Assembly (NCBI GenBank): GCA_904063045.1
Contig: CAJFCJ010000058.1
Location: 1-64,000 of the forward strand
Length of the DNA stretch: 64,000 bases
Source: Dimorphilus gyrociliatus
Taxonomy: Eukaryota > Animalia > Annelida
Direction: 5' to 3'
Part shown: positions 50,380-61,669 of the stretch, in pieces
Numbering within the stretch: the first letter of the stretch is position 1
Layout: each line of letters opens with the position of its first letter
Made by a program: the position numbers and the translations under genes
The notes under the pieces: model-generated
The model's database searches: none
What the model saw: only the letters and a program-made list of their open reading frames with translations
Told to the model about the DNA's origin: nothing

Positions 50380-52020
50380 AAAATCATTTTGATTGATTTC
50401 CAATCTCCATTCTCCTTCTCTCTTTTAAAATTCTCTCGCAGGAAGATTGCAGAAATAAAATCACACAGGAGTACCCATCAATGGAAAGATGTTCCAAGGA
50501 AATACAATCCTGCAGACTGGTTAACAAAAATGCCTTCCGAATTGAACAAACAACAGTTTGCAGAATGGGTGCATCGACTCATTGAAACACAGGATCAAAA
50601 GGGCACCAAACAAATGGTGAAGCTGCTTGTATTAAGAACCCTGAAGGTGATGTCAACTCTGTAGATGAATTGATAATGAGGAGATTAGGAAGGGAACCAA
50701 TAAGTCCTCAGAAGGAACAAGAGATCAAACAAGCTATAGAGGAAGCGCCGCAGCAGATTGATCCGAAGAAGATGGCGAAACTTACAAGTTACACTGTTCT
50801 TTCTATTCAAATATCAGCAGGAACATCTACTCTCCTTTCTAGTGGTATGACTTCCTTTGTGGATTCCTCAGTTGCACTACTGTTAGTAGCAATTTAGTCA
50901 AATGGAAGTAATTTCCGAGATCTTGTAAGACTTTATTCATCACTCGATGCAAGAACTAAGTCATCAATATAGAAGCACTGAACCCCTCATCAATCAATTC
51001 ACTGGTCATGCAATGTGATTGAAAGCACCTTTCTCAAGGTTGGAGATGTAACATATGGGCAAGATGTGTCTTGTCATCTAGTACTCAATTATGTTTTTAT
51101 CTTGTGTTGTCCCTGCCTTTGTACTGGAGTACAATAGACCAAAATAGGGCAGGTCATCTGTTTCTAAATTCACTTGATGAAACATGGCCTTGATGCATGC
51201 TTTAAGAAAGAATCGACCATGCTTTCAATTTGAGATCATTCTAGGAGTACTGCCTACTAGGCGATCACGGACGGTAATAACATTGTTCAAATTCATATTC
51301 TCGTAGGGGGCTACACGGTCATATACGATCTAAAGTTTCTTTTTCTTTGGATTCGCAATGTCGATTATGAGGTATAAACCATTTGATGCCTTTTCTCCAG
51401 TGTTCTCTCTGGCATCATCATTAGTTATGTAGTTATGAATTCCTTTATTGTATTCCCGCTGTATCCAGCATGACAACTATTTCTCTATTGTTTACATCGC
51501 TATCAAAGAGGTGTCCTTCTCTCTGATGGTCCCAATTAAGACCTGTTTTACCTGCCTCTTTTCCTCGCAGCGATGTAACCAAGAATGTTTACTCTATCCA
51601 CAGCCTCCTTAAAGTGGTCGTAGACATCTCTCAGCCTGATGATTGCAAGTAGTCGAGCAATTCTCGCATAATCCAACCTTTGTTACTAACTTCACTCTTT
51701 CTTACTAATTCGAGCGTCTGAATTATATGTATGACCTGAGTATATGGTTCTTTCTGCAGTTGAAGCATATTGTACCATTATTTACCTCTTTGTCTTGCTG
51801 TTGTGTATATCCTGGGATTTTGTTGAGAAGTGAATTTTGCGTTCCTTGTGGATTTGACGTATTCCTCGACAAAGGATGCAATTTTCTCAAGAGTGAATTG
51901 ACCCCCTCCTCAACCGTTTTGCTGGTCCATTCGTCACGAAGACTCTGGCACATACAGAATCTCGCAGTGACCAACCCCAGTACATTTGTTCCTTTGTGCC
52001 CCCTCAGGCATAACTCGCGT
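50380..52020. mobile_element. Rearranged BEL/Pao LTR-retrotransposon fragments
   Basis: Plus strand: RRKIAEI..QWKDVPRKYNPADWLTK (Pao RNase H region). Minus strand: CFNC..H knuckle-like, KL*IVYD, LEKAF-like, FYIDDL RT motif; many stops. Confidence 0.8.
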
Positions 52021-52257
52021 TGAATTTTGATTGAATTTCCCCTAATAATTGGGCCATGATGCAGTAAATTTAATTTTTGCGTTTATTCAAAGTGTTATAT
52101 TTGATTTAGAATAATTATTTCCATCACTAACTCATATCAATTATTCACTGTTATATCTAAGACAGTAAAAATAGAAAAAAAAATAAATGATATAATCTGA
52201 CAAAAAGTATTTACTTAGATGTATTGACTTGTTTTTAAAATACAAAAGTAATGTTAT

Positions 52258-52500
52258 TTACAGCTGTATTCGTATCTTGAAAAAAAGAGAAAAAATAAAT
52301 TCTCCCCAAGGTGTACTTGACGTCGTAGTTCTAGGTATATCCGTAGTGCTTGTAGATAGGGAAGGCTCTGTGGTGATGTGTTCGATAGTTGTCGTTCTTG
52401 GAGCAGAAGATATCGTACTTAGAGAATCGGTTGTCTGATGAGAATCGAATGGTATGTTCCCACGTATTAATGCTGAAGTGACAAATTCCAAAAGAAATGG
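52258..52500 (-). CDS. Ser/Thr-rich (mucin-like) exon
   Basis: TTDSLSTISSAPRTTTIEHITTEPSLSTSTTDIPRTTTSSTPW, followed by a possible donor. Confidence 0.35.
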   Translation of the reverse strand, partial: PFLLEFVTSALIRGNIPFDSHQTTDSLSTISSAPRTTTIEHITTEPSLSTSTTDIPRTTTSSTPWGEFIFSLFFKIRIQL

Positions 52501-53549
52501 CATCATATACACACCAAGTAACCTCATCCTTTGTAATGTATCTACCATATACTCAGGATGCAAGCAAACTATCTGTCTTGAAAACAATTAGAAGACTAAT
52601 CAATGTCTTTTGTACAAAACGTCATTCTTACATGATCTCCTGCTTTATATATACTGTACTGATAAGCACTGATAGTTATCTATGTTTTTTTGCTTTGCTT
52701 TGAAATAAATAAACCAATGAGCTCGCGTCTTTGTTTGGTCGTTAATTTGAATTTGCAATGCTTTTGAATATCTTTTAAATATTTATTATATATTTAAAAT
52801 ACCCAATCAAAACTATAAGAGATATTGCCTATGAAGAATATAAGTAAGCCTATATATGGCAATGCTGCAGATAAAAGAAGAACAATATTCTGTTGAAAAC
52901 ACCTGTAAACTTTATTTGACTTTATACTGTTTACATCATACAATGCTACTTTGACCTTCAGAAGATATTTATCTTTTTTACCGCAAGCTTATCTTCTGCT
53001 CCTAGACATTTTATTATCCTTTTTCATTACTAAAAGCAACATAAAAAACATATGTATTTCTAGATTCACTTCTTAACTTATTAATTTTCTGCTTTACAGT
53101 GCAATAGTAGGAATTTCTATAATTGGTAATTGAACATAGATAAGTTATGTTTATCTTGCAGTCTATCAAAAATATCTGTTGTTCTTCAATTCTGCACTGT
53201 ATATCTCTGTACACAAATTCTTCAAAAGATGATTTTGTCATTATACATTCTTGTGTTTTGTCTAGAACATTTTGAGTTGTGTTGTTAAAGAAATAATCAT
53301 AATCTCATGCTTGGCAGTATGCCAAAAATATATTTTCTAAAGTATTAATAGAATATCATGTATTTGGTATGATTAAGTACTCTGAAAAAAAGTTGTTAGT
53401 GTTTTGTGCAAACAATTGAGTAGTGATTGATTTTAAAGAAAACTACTGTCTCTGATAAAACATTATAGTCATTTTTATAAGACTGCAAAACATTTCTCAA
53501 TGGCATTTGGAAAGTTTTTGGAATATAAAGATTCCTGAACAAATTGTCT

Positions 53550-54800
53550 TTAATTTAGAGAGATTCCTTTTAATGTTCTAAAATTTGGACAGCTTTTTAT
53601 CAAGTTTATTATCGTAATCACCTGTTTATCATCTAAAGGACATTCTTTGATATTTATTTCCTTTAAAGTATTTGACAACTTAAAAAGTCCATGCAAAATA
53701 ATATCCCAACCAGGATTTATTATTGTAGTTTTTTCTAGGTTGATTTCTTCAATACTTGGACAAACTGTCATCAAATTGCCTATTTCACTACATTGTTGAT
53801 AATCAAAAGAGCAAAACCTAAAACTAATATGCTTTAAAGTATTGACTGATTTTATCAGACTATTACAAATTGCTGCCAATCCAAGGGTAGTAAATTTATT
53901 CCATCCAAGTTTTATTGTTTCAATTTTGTAACATTTACTCAACAAATATCCAATCCTTAAAAAATTCTCTTCCTCTAAACAGCAACCCTCAAAATTGATA
54001 TATTTTAAACAACCTGCTGAATGAAGAAGCATTGAACAAATATTTGAAAAATGAACTGTCATTGAATGATTGAAACTTAAATCAATTTTCTCTATTTTAG
54101 AGCAGTATCTCAAAAGACTTTTTAGATGTACACATTTTTCTTCATTTAAATTACAAAATTTAAATTTTAGGACTTTTAAACTACTGGCTGATAAATAGAG
54201 TTTTGAGCAAATAAATTGCATTTCATCTGCTTCAATACTAGTGAATGAGAGATTGAATTTGACCAAGTTTGAACATTTATCTAATAAATTTCCAATATCT
54301 TTCCAATATCTTTTATTATTTTCATGAAAGTGACATTTTCCAAAATTAATATCCATTAAACTGTTGGATGATTTCAATAGTCCTTTACAAATTTCAGATA
54401 ATCCTTGTTGTATATACAAATTGAATTTTAAACTGACTTTTTCTATTCGTGAGCATTCATTTAAAAGATGTCCAAGAGATTTACAGTCATGTTCACAAAT
54501 ACTACACGATTCAAGGTTAATGTGCTTTAAAATATTTGAAAATCTATATAGATAAGGAAAAATAGATGATGTTATATTTTCAATCTTTCCAGATCCATTT
54601 AGATTAATACTTTCAATACTCCTACAACAGTTCAATAGCTCACAAATCAATGAAATTTGTTCTTTATTTAAACTACAATCAATAAATTGAATTTGTTTCA
54701 AATGCTGTGATGATTGAGATAGTCCTTGACATATTTCTGTGATACAACAATTAGATGATTTTCTTCCAGATAGCTTACTACTTTTAATGAAAGAAATCAT
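53550..54800 (-). CDS. LRR-only protein (RNI/NLR-type leucine-rich repeats), intronless
   Basis: 416 aa with about 57-aa paired repeats IC.GL..S...L..I.F..C / L..C..IE.I.L..N, the same style as the 23716 protein. Confidence 0.85.
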   Translation of the reverse strand: MISFIKSSKLSGRKSSNCCITEICQGLSQSSQHLKQIQFIDCSLNKEQISLICELLNCCRSIESINLNGSGKIENITSSIFPYLYRFSNILKHINLESCSICEHDCKSLGHLLNECSRIEKVSLKFNLYIQQGLSEICKGLLKSSNSLMDINFGKCHFHENNKRYWKDIGNLLDKCSNLVKFNLSFTSIEADEMQFICSKLYLSASSLKVLKFKFCNLNEEKCVHLKSLLRYCSKIEKIDLSFNHSMTVHFSNICSMLLHSAGCLKYINFEGCCLEEENFLRIGYLLSKCYKIETIKLGWNKFTTLGLAAICNSLIKSVNTLKHISFRFCSFDYQQCSEIGNLMTVCPSIEEINLEKTTIINPGWDIILHGLFKLSNTLKEINIKECPLDDKQVITIINLIKSCPNFRTLKGISLN

Positions 54801-56719
54801 TTTGTACTGTGACAGGCACTTGTTTATATTTTTATTGTTGTTTGTGATTTGGTCTCTTAGCGATTGGATTAAAAGCTAAAAGCTTTTTAAAATAGTTGCT
54901 ATTATATCAAACTGTGTTCCAATTGTAGTGTCCATTAATTTCTTTTCTTTTGGTTAAAGGAAACATTCCACTTTCGTGTAGATAACACCTATCTATTGCA
55001 ACTTGAGAGAAGAAGAGAATAGCAGTGAAGACACAGAATAGTCTGACATGTAAATTTTCTAATTCCAGTGAAAAACAAGATTAGAAGGTTTGGGCAAAGA
55101 ATTTGGCCATTTACCAAATATCGTGGAACACAAATAAAGTACTTGATATCATATTGATCCAATTTTATGTTACGGCATGATATATTAAAAAAGCTTTTTG
55201 CAAAGGTAGATAGATCAATATTGAAGTTATGACTTGATAACTAAAAAAAAGTATTTAAATATTTAAATAGTTTTCCAAAAGTTATTTAACAAATGAATGA
55301 CATTTTTTCTGCGTCAAAAATGTTAAGCATAGAGAACGCTAGGATTCGCACAGAATCATGCATTTGGATAGTTTTTGTCCAATGACAAATCATGAGGAGA
55401 TTTTTCCTCAGAAACAATTATGAAATTAAAAAATTTTCTTGAACAAAAAAAGACAATTGGGAATTGGTCTTTATCTAGGGCACTGTTATATTTTTTTTAT
55501 TAGAATCAATTGCATTATGCCTGATATACTTGTTGTAACAAAAAAAGGTCTGAAATCTTTTATAAGTACAATATGTATTCTTCACAAATAAATACTGTAT
55601 GATCAGAATAAGGATATATACTTTTTCTCTTCCTTTCTCAATATTATTTTAAAATCAAATATGAATTTGATGTCGATTTTTAGGACCGGATTCAGCTTGT
55701 TTTCCCTCATAAGAAGATATGAAATATCATAGCCTATTTCCAAATGGATTATCAACACATCTCCTTTTAATAGGTAATGCTGGTTCTGTCACTGTTGTGT
55801 TGTTTCAAAATTACTAATTCATTAGCTATATATCTTTTTTGGCTATAAATGTCATTGATAACAATGTCTGCAAAACAACTTTGGTTACAATGTATCTATC
55901 AAAATGGGAGATTATATTTGTACATACAGTCTTAATAAAAAATAATTGTTACAGTGGTAATTGTAAAGGTTGATTGCCAAAATTTGTTTATGATCTAGAA
56001 TAATTCATAAGCTATCAGGTATTTGAACACCACCGCTACCACATTATAATTAAGAGTTGGGGTCTGGCAGATTGAATACAGTAACAAAGAGAATGGAATT
56101 GTAAATTACAAGAATTTGCAGATTAATCCAAAGTGGACAAAATTTCTCAACATTTTGCATTCATAAAAATTTCTCCATAACTTGGGTTCACTTAGAAAGA
56201 GTCAATTATCAATTTCCAATATATTATTGTTAAATAAACATAATATTCATTATCAATTGTATTCACTTGTGGCCATATTCTATCATAAAAAACTCGATAG
56301 CTTCAGTTAACAATATAAATATTGGGGTCGAACAGGAACTAGATTGTTGAATTTTGACTACTTACTAGTGTACATTTATAATTCGTAGAGGTAAGTAATA
56401 CAGCACTAATTACCTATTTTTAGTGGCTCTATTTTCTATAATAAGTATGAATATCCTATTACAATTTTTGATAGGTTTTTGGGTTCAAAAGGTCAGTCTT
56501 TAAAACATCTATTTCTATTTTATCTTTAAAAGCTTTAACTAGGTGACACTTGGCCTAAGTTTATTATAGGCAAGTAAAGGCTTTTCTTCTAATGCACTTT
56601 GACGCCTATCCATGTAGCCTTTATATTGGCTTTTGTTTCTCTTCATTCTCATTTTTGTTTATACATAGGTTATTAAACATTAAAACTTAATACGTTGGTT
56701 ACTAAGTTAAATATCTGTA

Positions 56720-57690
56720 ATATACAGTCCCAGACAAAAATATCCATGTATGAAAGAAAAACAAATGTTTTCGATAAAACAAATCCAACAGTTACTTATT
56801 AATCCTGTAGTCTTTGTTAATAAACTGCTAAACTCTTCCTACATACAAATGTTTTACATAATCTTTATTGTTAATATTAATTTTTTCTACTTCCTCCCAT
56901 ATTTTATCCCATAGATGATTAAGTGTTTGGGAATGATGAATTTCATACACTTTTTGTTTCAAATAACCCAATAAATTTTCTACAGGGTTGTGGTCTGATG
57001 AGTAAGAAAGCCAACCGATCAAGGACAATTCCATTCGCCTCCAGAGTAACTGATGTTACTGGTGTTACACTGGCAGTGTGTGGTAGTGCATTATCCCGCT
57101 GCCAGATGAAGTCTTCACCAAATTATGCCTCAACATCTGAAAAATTGTTCTCTGAACATATTCAGAGTAATATTCTCCAGATAAGTGTCCGAATACTATC
57201 ATCCCTCCACCAAAAGGAAAGCTTATACCTAGAGAGTCTTGCTCTATCATCTAACTGCCATGTTAGCAGATCACCCAGACTATCAAGAAAAAATTACTAT
57301 AATAATAACTTGGTGCTGAATCCATCCACCTAGCACAGCTATTCTGGTACATCTTGAACATCTGTACCTGGATGGAAATAAATTTGGTATAATTATGTCG
57401 AAAGACATATTTGCTTATATAAAAATCCATTGCCCAAAATTAAAAGTACTCTCTTTTTATGACTGCCCATTGGATGAGCATTATGGCTTCAATGTTGTCG
57501 ATGCAATTGGCAGTAATGTTAGCCTGAAAAATTTGAGTTCTTCGATAAAACCATTATGTATGAATAAATTTTCTGTTGAAACAGCTTCTGACTTACCTTT
57601 AAAGCTTCTTATTTTTGCTCCAAATGCCAGAAATTCGTTGTGCACAATCCCGGACGATCAGACCCTTGTTGTTGATACCTAAAGCATAAA
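56720..57690 (-). mobile_element. Highly degenerate Tc1-like element
   Basis: TA-CAGTCCCAGACAAAAATAT terminus at about 56722; SDHNPVENLLGYLKQKV (SPDLNPIENxW-like); GGGMIVFG. Confidence 0.7.
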
Positions 57691-57809
57691 CAACTGAAAT
57701 TGTATAAAAACTAGGTCATAGGTAGTAACAGTCATTCAGTCCTGAATCAACCTTCTTAGAGAACTGGTCCAGTATCACTTTAGAACAAGATATTGGAGAA
57801 ATGGCTGCT

Positions 57810-58230
57810 TTTTGGTGTTTTACCCTGAACCTAACCCAACAGTCGACGAGAGCAAACGTATGAAGAGATTAAAAAACACTTATTTCATAATTATTCTCCT
57901 CTTTATGGATTTCTGAAGCTTTTTATGATGCTATGTTCATGCTACATTATTTGCCGCTGCACCCATTATCAGATTTCACCCTCACTAGATCAATAATGGT
58001 TGTTTAGGATGGGTCTGTTAGAAAAGGGCCCACTTTTTGATGTTTTAAAAACTATATGAACTGAAAAATATTAAAATGAATATTTTCTTAACCCTAGAAA
58101 TGCCCAAAACCTTACCCTAAACTTTAGCCTATTGGGCCTACTCTCCCCCCAATCCCGTTTAGGATTCCCCAATGATGTTAGAGTTATGGAATAGAGTGAA
58201 GCTAACAACCTTTCTAACAATATTACTGCT
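57810..58230. repeat. Decayed CCCTAA-type MITE fragments
   Basis: ttttaccctgaacctaaccc and aaccctagaaat..ccttaccctaaac. Confidence 0.4.
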
Positions 58231-58625
58231 GCTATTCTCATTCTATTAAATGTTGAAACTGTGGATGGACAAGACTGTACAATTTATGGTCACCTAATTC
58301 ATCTTAATTTATTTAGAGCATTAACTTTCAACAAATTTCCGATTTTTACTTTAAAAGAATGATTCTGACGGTCCATTGAATAGTCCCTATGGACTTAATT
58401 CAATGCAAGGTGTCACATCTTTGGATATCATCTTCTGTCGACCAAGCCGGCCAGCTAATAAAAATATAGAAAACATTTTTATACTTGCCAAGTATTTAGC
58501 AGAATATACAATTGTTTTAGTAGTCATGGAAACAAGTATTCTTTTTTTTAGTTAGAAAATTAATTTCTTTGATCTATGATATGTGCTTGTTTTGATGGAG
58601 AAAAGAGATTAGCGTTTTAATTCCG

Positions 58626-58631
58626 TCTCCC

Positions 58632-58668
<37 letters not shown>
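58626..58668. repeat. (CT)n microsatellite
   Basis: Direct reading of the sequence. Confidence 0.95.
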
Positions 58669-58672
<4 letters not shown>

Positions 58673-58971
58673 CGCTCTTTCTTCTTTTATGGAATTGGAC
58701 AGAAAATACAAAATTCATGTGGTGGCTTTTTTAGGTTAAAGTGTACTCTAGAAATAGTTCGTATATTCTATATTTTTAAAAAAACTCATATTTCAATTAA
58801 GTAATCAATGATTATATCCTCTCAGGACAATCAATAATTTCTCTCCTTTTGCTTTTAGATTCCTTTTATTTCTGTCCAACTTGAACACTCTTTTCCTTCT
58901 TTCTCCCTTTCTCTTTCTCTCTCTGTCACAAGCATACAACTTGTAGATTGGTAAATGACATATGACATAAC

Positions 58972-60026
58972 ATGAACAATCAAACAACTATCAATCATAC
59001 TTTTCATCATCCAATTTCTAATCCTCTACGGTCATTTATAGTTGGAATTCCATTATTTTTCACTTTTATTTCAACAATTTCAGCTCTAACATTTCTTCCT
59101 ACTGTTAAAGGTATCCCTAAAGTATCAAAAATGCTGATAATAAATATATCAATAGCTGATTCTTTAACAAATGTTTCATCTCTACTGACATCATTTATCA
59201 CTTCTATAAATGAAAAATTTATCTTCGGATTTGTATATTGCCAAATTATTGGTGTAATCGTATCTACAAGTGCTTTAAGTTCACTATGGACAATAGCATT
59301 GATATCAATTGATCGCTACCTTGCTGTAAATATACCTGGCAGGTGAGTACTTGTATTAATAAAAACAAAAAAAAGGAAAATTTGTTCTTGTTTTATAGAT
59401 ATAAAAGTATTATAACTTTGAAAAGAATGAAAATTGCAGTTGGTTTTTGTTGGCTAATATTTTGCTGTCAAAGTTGTTTACCTTTTATAAAAATTGTTAA
59501 CTTTTACTTTTACAGTTTTCTTGAAAATGAATTAATATGTTCACCACCAATTAAACCAACTATACAGACATTAATCTATATGATTATTGGGCCGATCTTA
59601 TCAGCTGGAATTATTTTATTATCATCATTCAAAATTATTTTATGCCTAAGAAAACAAAATTTAAAGATAAATTATTCAAATTCAAATTCAAATCAACAGA
59701 AAAATATTTCAAAAAGAAATATTAGAGTAATTAAACTTTTAATATTAACATTTACAACTTTTTATGTACTTTGGATGCCATTTAATGTTTGTGTTATTGG
59801 AGCAATTTTTAGTACAGAATTTAGAAAACACACTCAAATATTCAGTTTTATATTTTTGTGGATAGCATCTTTCAATGGTATGGCCAATACTTTAATATAT
59901 ACATATATATTTCCTGGGTTGAGGGCTAAATTTTTAAACATAATAAACACTATAACATTTAAAAAAGTTATTAATAGTTTTATAGAAGATGGAAATGAAA
60001 CATCTACAGTTCATACTATACAATAA
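58972..60026 (+). CDS. Rhodopsin-class orphan GPCR, 2 exons (58972-59342, 59399-60026)
   Basis: 56-nt gtgagt...ttatag intron joins DRYLAVNIPG-R-YKSII in frame; SIAD in TM2, WMPF in TM6, NGMANTLIY in TM7. Confidence 0.92.
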
Positions 60027-60573
60027 AATCCAGATATTTCTTGTTGGCAAGATTCCAAGAATTAATTAACAATATATCAATTATTACTATTTTTTTGCCA
60101 TTATTGTATTGTAAAAGTATACTCTGTTTCAGTAATCCTTATACACAACAAATAAAACAGCTAAAGCTGGATTTGCAAAAGAGATAGGATTAACAAAATC
60201 ATATTATCAAGGTTTTTTTAAGAGACATAGAGAGAAAATTAATGGTCTTAGATCTTTTGATCTTTTTAGTAAGTTAAAAACTTTCATAATTTATAAAAGA
60301 AAGACTACCAAGAAAAGAGAAAAGTGGTAATCATCTTTAATATACTATTTTTATGTTGTATTATTTTTTATAAAGTAAAATATTTAAATGGTATGATCAA
60401 TTATTTTGTTTAAAAATCACATGATATTTTGACAATTTACCTCAACATTTTTGCAAAATTTGCACTTTGATTTCAAGATTAGTTATAACATTTGTTCCAC
60501 ACGTGATTATATTGGTATGACTTATTAGTTAATTAGAATACAGCAACCGTTTGATACGGTTACATACAGTAAA

Positions 60574-60800
60574 TTAAATAGTTTTGTAATCGTAGAAGAA
60601 CCGATCTTCAACACCTTGAACAAATTGAAATTCAATTGAAACTGATCTATATCCTGGATTGAATAGTCCTAATTGTAATTCATCTCCAATTTCAATATCG
60701 TCTTTTGATAAATTTAAATTGTTGATGCTATTATTTCTATCAATTACTTGACTACCAAATCTTCTTTCTTTTAAATGTTTACATATTGAAAATAATTCAC
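60574..60800 (-). CDS. Putative terminal coding exon of an unknown small gene
   Basis: Acceptor ttaaatag, then 74 open codons (ELFSICKHLKERRFG...FFYDYKTI-stop) in AT-rich DNA; candidate upstream exon near 60870-60950. Confidence 0.35.
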
Positions 60801-61669
60801 CTATTTAAAAATATAAGATATTGGTTTAAATTAATAATAAATTATTATTATTTTTAAACACATTTCATATCTTCGACTTGTAAATCTATCAGTTACAATT
60901 GGATGGTTGTGACCTTCATCAAAATCAAATCCTGGTTAATCATCATTTGTAAGCTCTACATACTTTCAGCAAAGCTGCTAAAGCTGTTTTAATTTCTTTG
61001 AGTAATAAAGATTACATCTAATGAACGTCTTATCATTAAATGCAACCCAATTTTTAATAAATTTAAAGAAAAATTTATAAAAATTTTCTGTAACTTGCAA
61101 TGTGACACAAATTTCTTATTTTTATGGTATCTTTTTATTGTTAAAGGCCACTGACTTATCTTGTTTGCTCAATAGACTTGATACTAATATGTTTTAGGAA
61201 ATTCTCGGGCTAAGCACATTTAGTGTTTGTTAAAGATTAAGTGATTAATCTTAAAAAAATTACAATTTTACTCATAATAATCGATATTCAGTTGTCAAAG
61301 AGTTATATGAAAAAAAAGATCATTATGAAATCATAAGCTCTAGAGAAAGAGAAGAGGGACACTGCAAAAAGTTGGACCAGATTTCTAAACAATGATTCAC
61401 TATTTACACTCAAGCAGAAAAAATGCATACTTCAACGTTTTGATTGTGATACTGCTGTTTATCAGAAATAATTTAATAATTTCTAAATATAAGGAAATTG
61501 TTTAATCCTGACAATCAATCATTCTATAACTCATGTGTTAACCAACCAAGACACTCAGTCTTTCAAACAATCTCTCTTTAAGTAAGTTAAATCATCAAGA
61601 AATGGATATAACTAAACTGTAACCTTGTTTTTTCAGCAATAATTTATAATTGTCTTAAATATAAAGATA

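Noticed and set aside
58972-60026. Opsin assignment for this GPCR
   Set aside because: TM7 reads WIASFNGMAN; there is no Lys at the retinal-binding position
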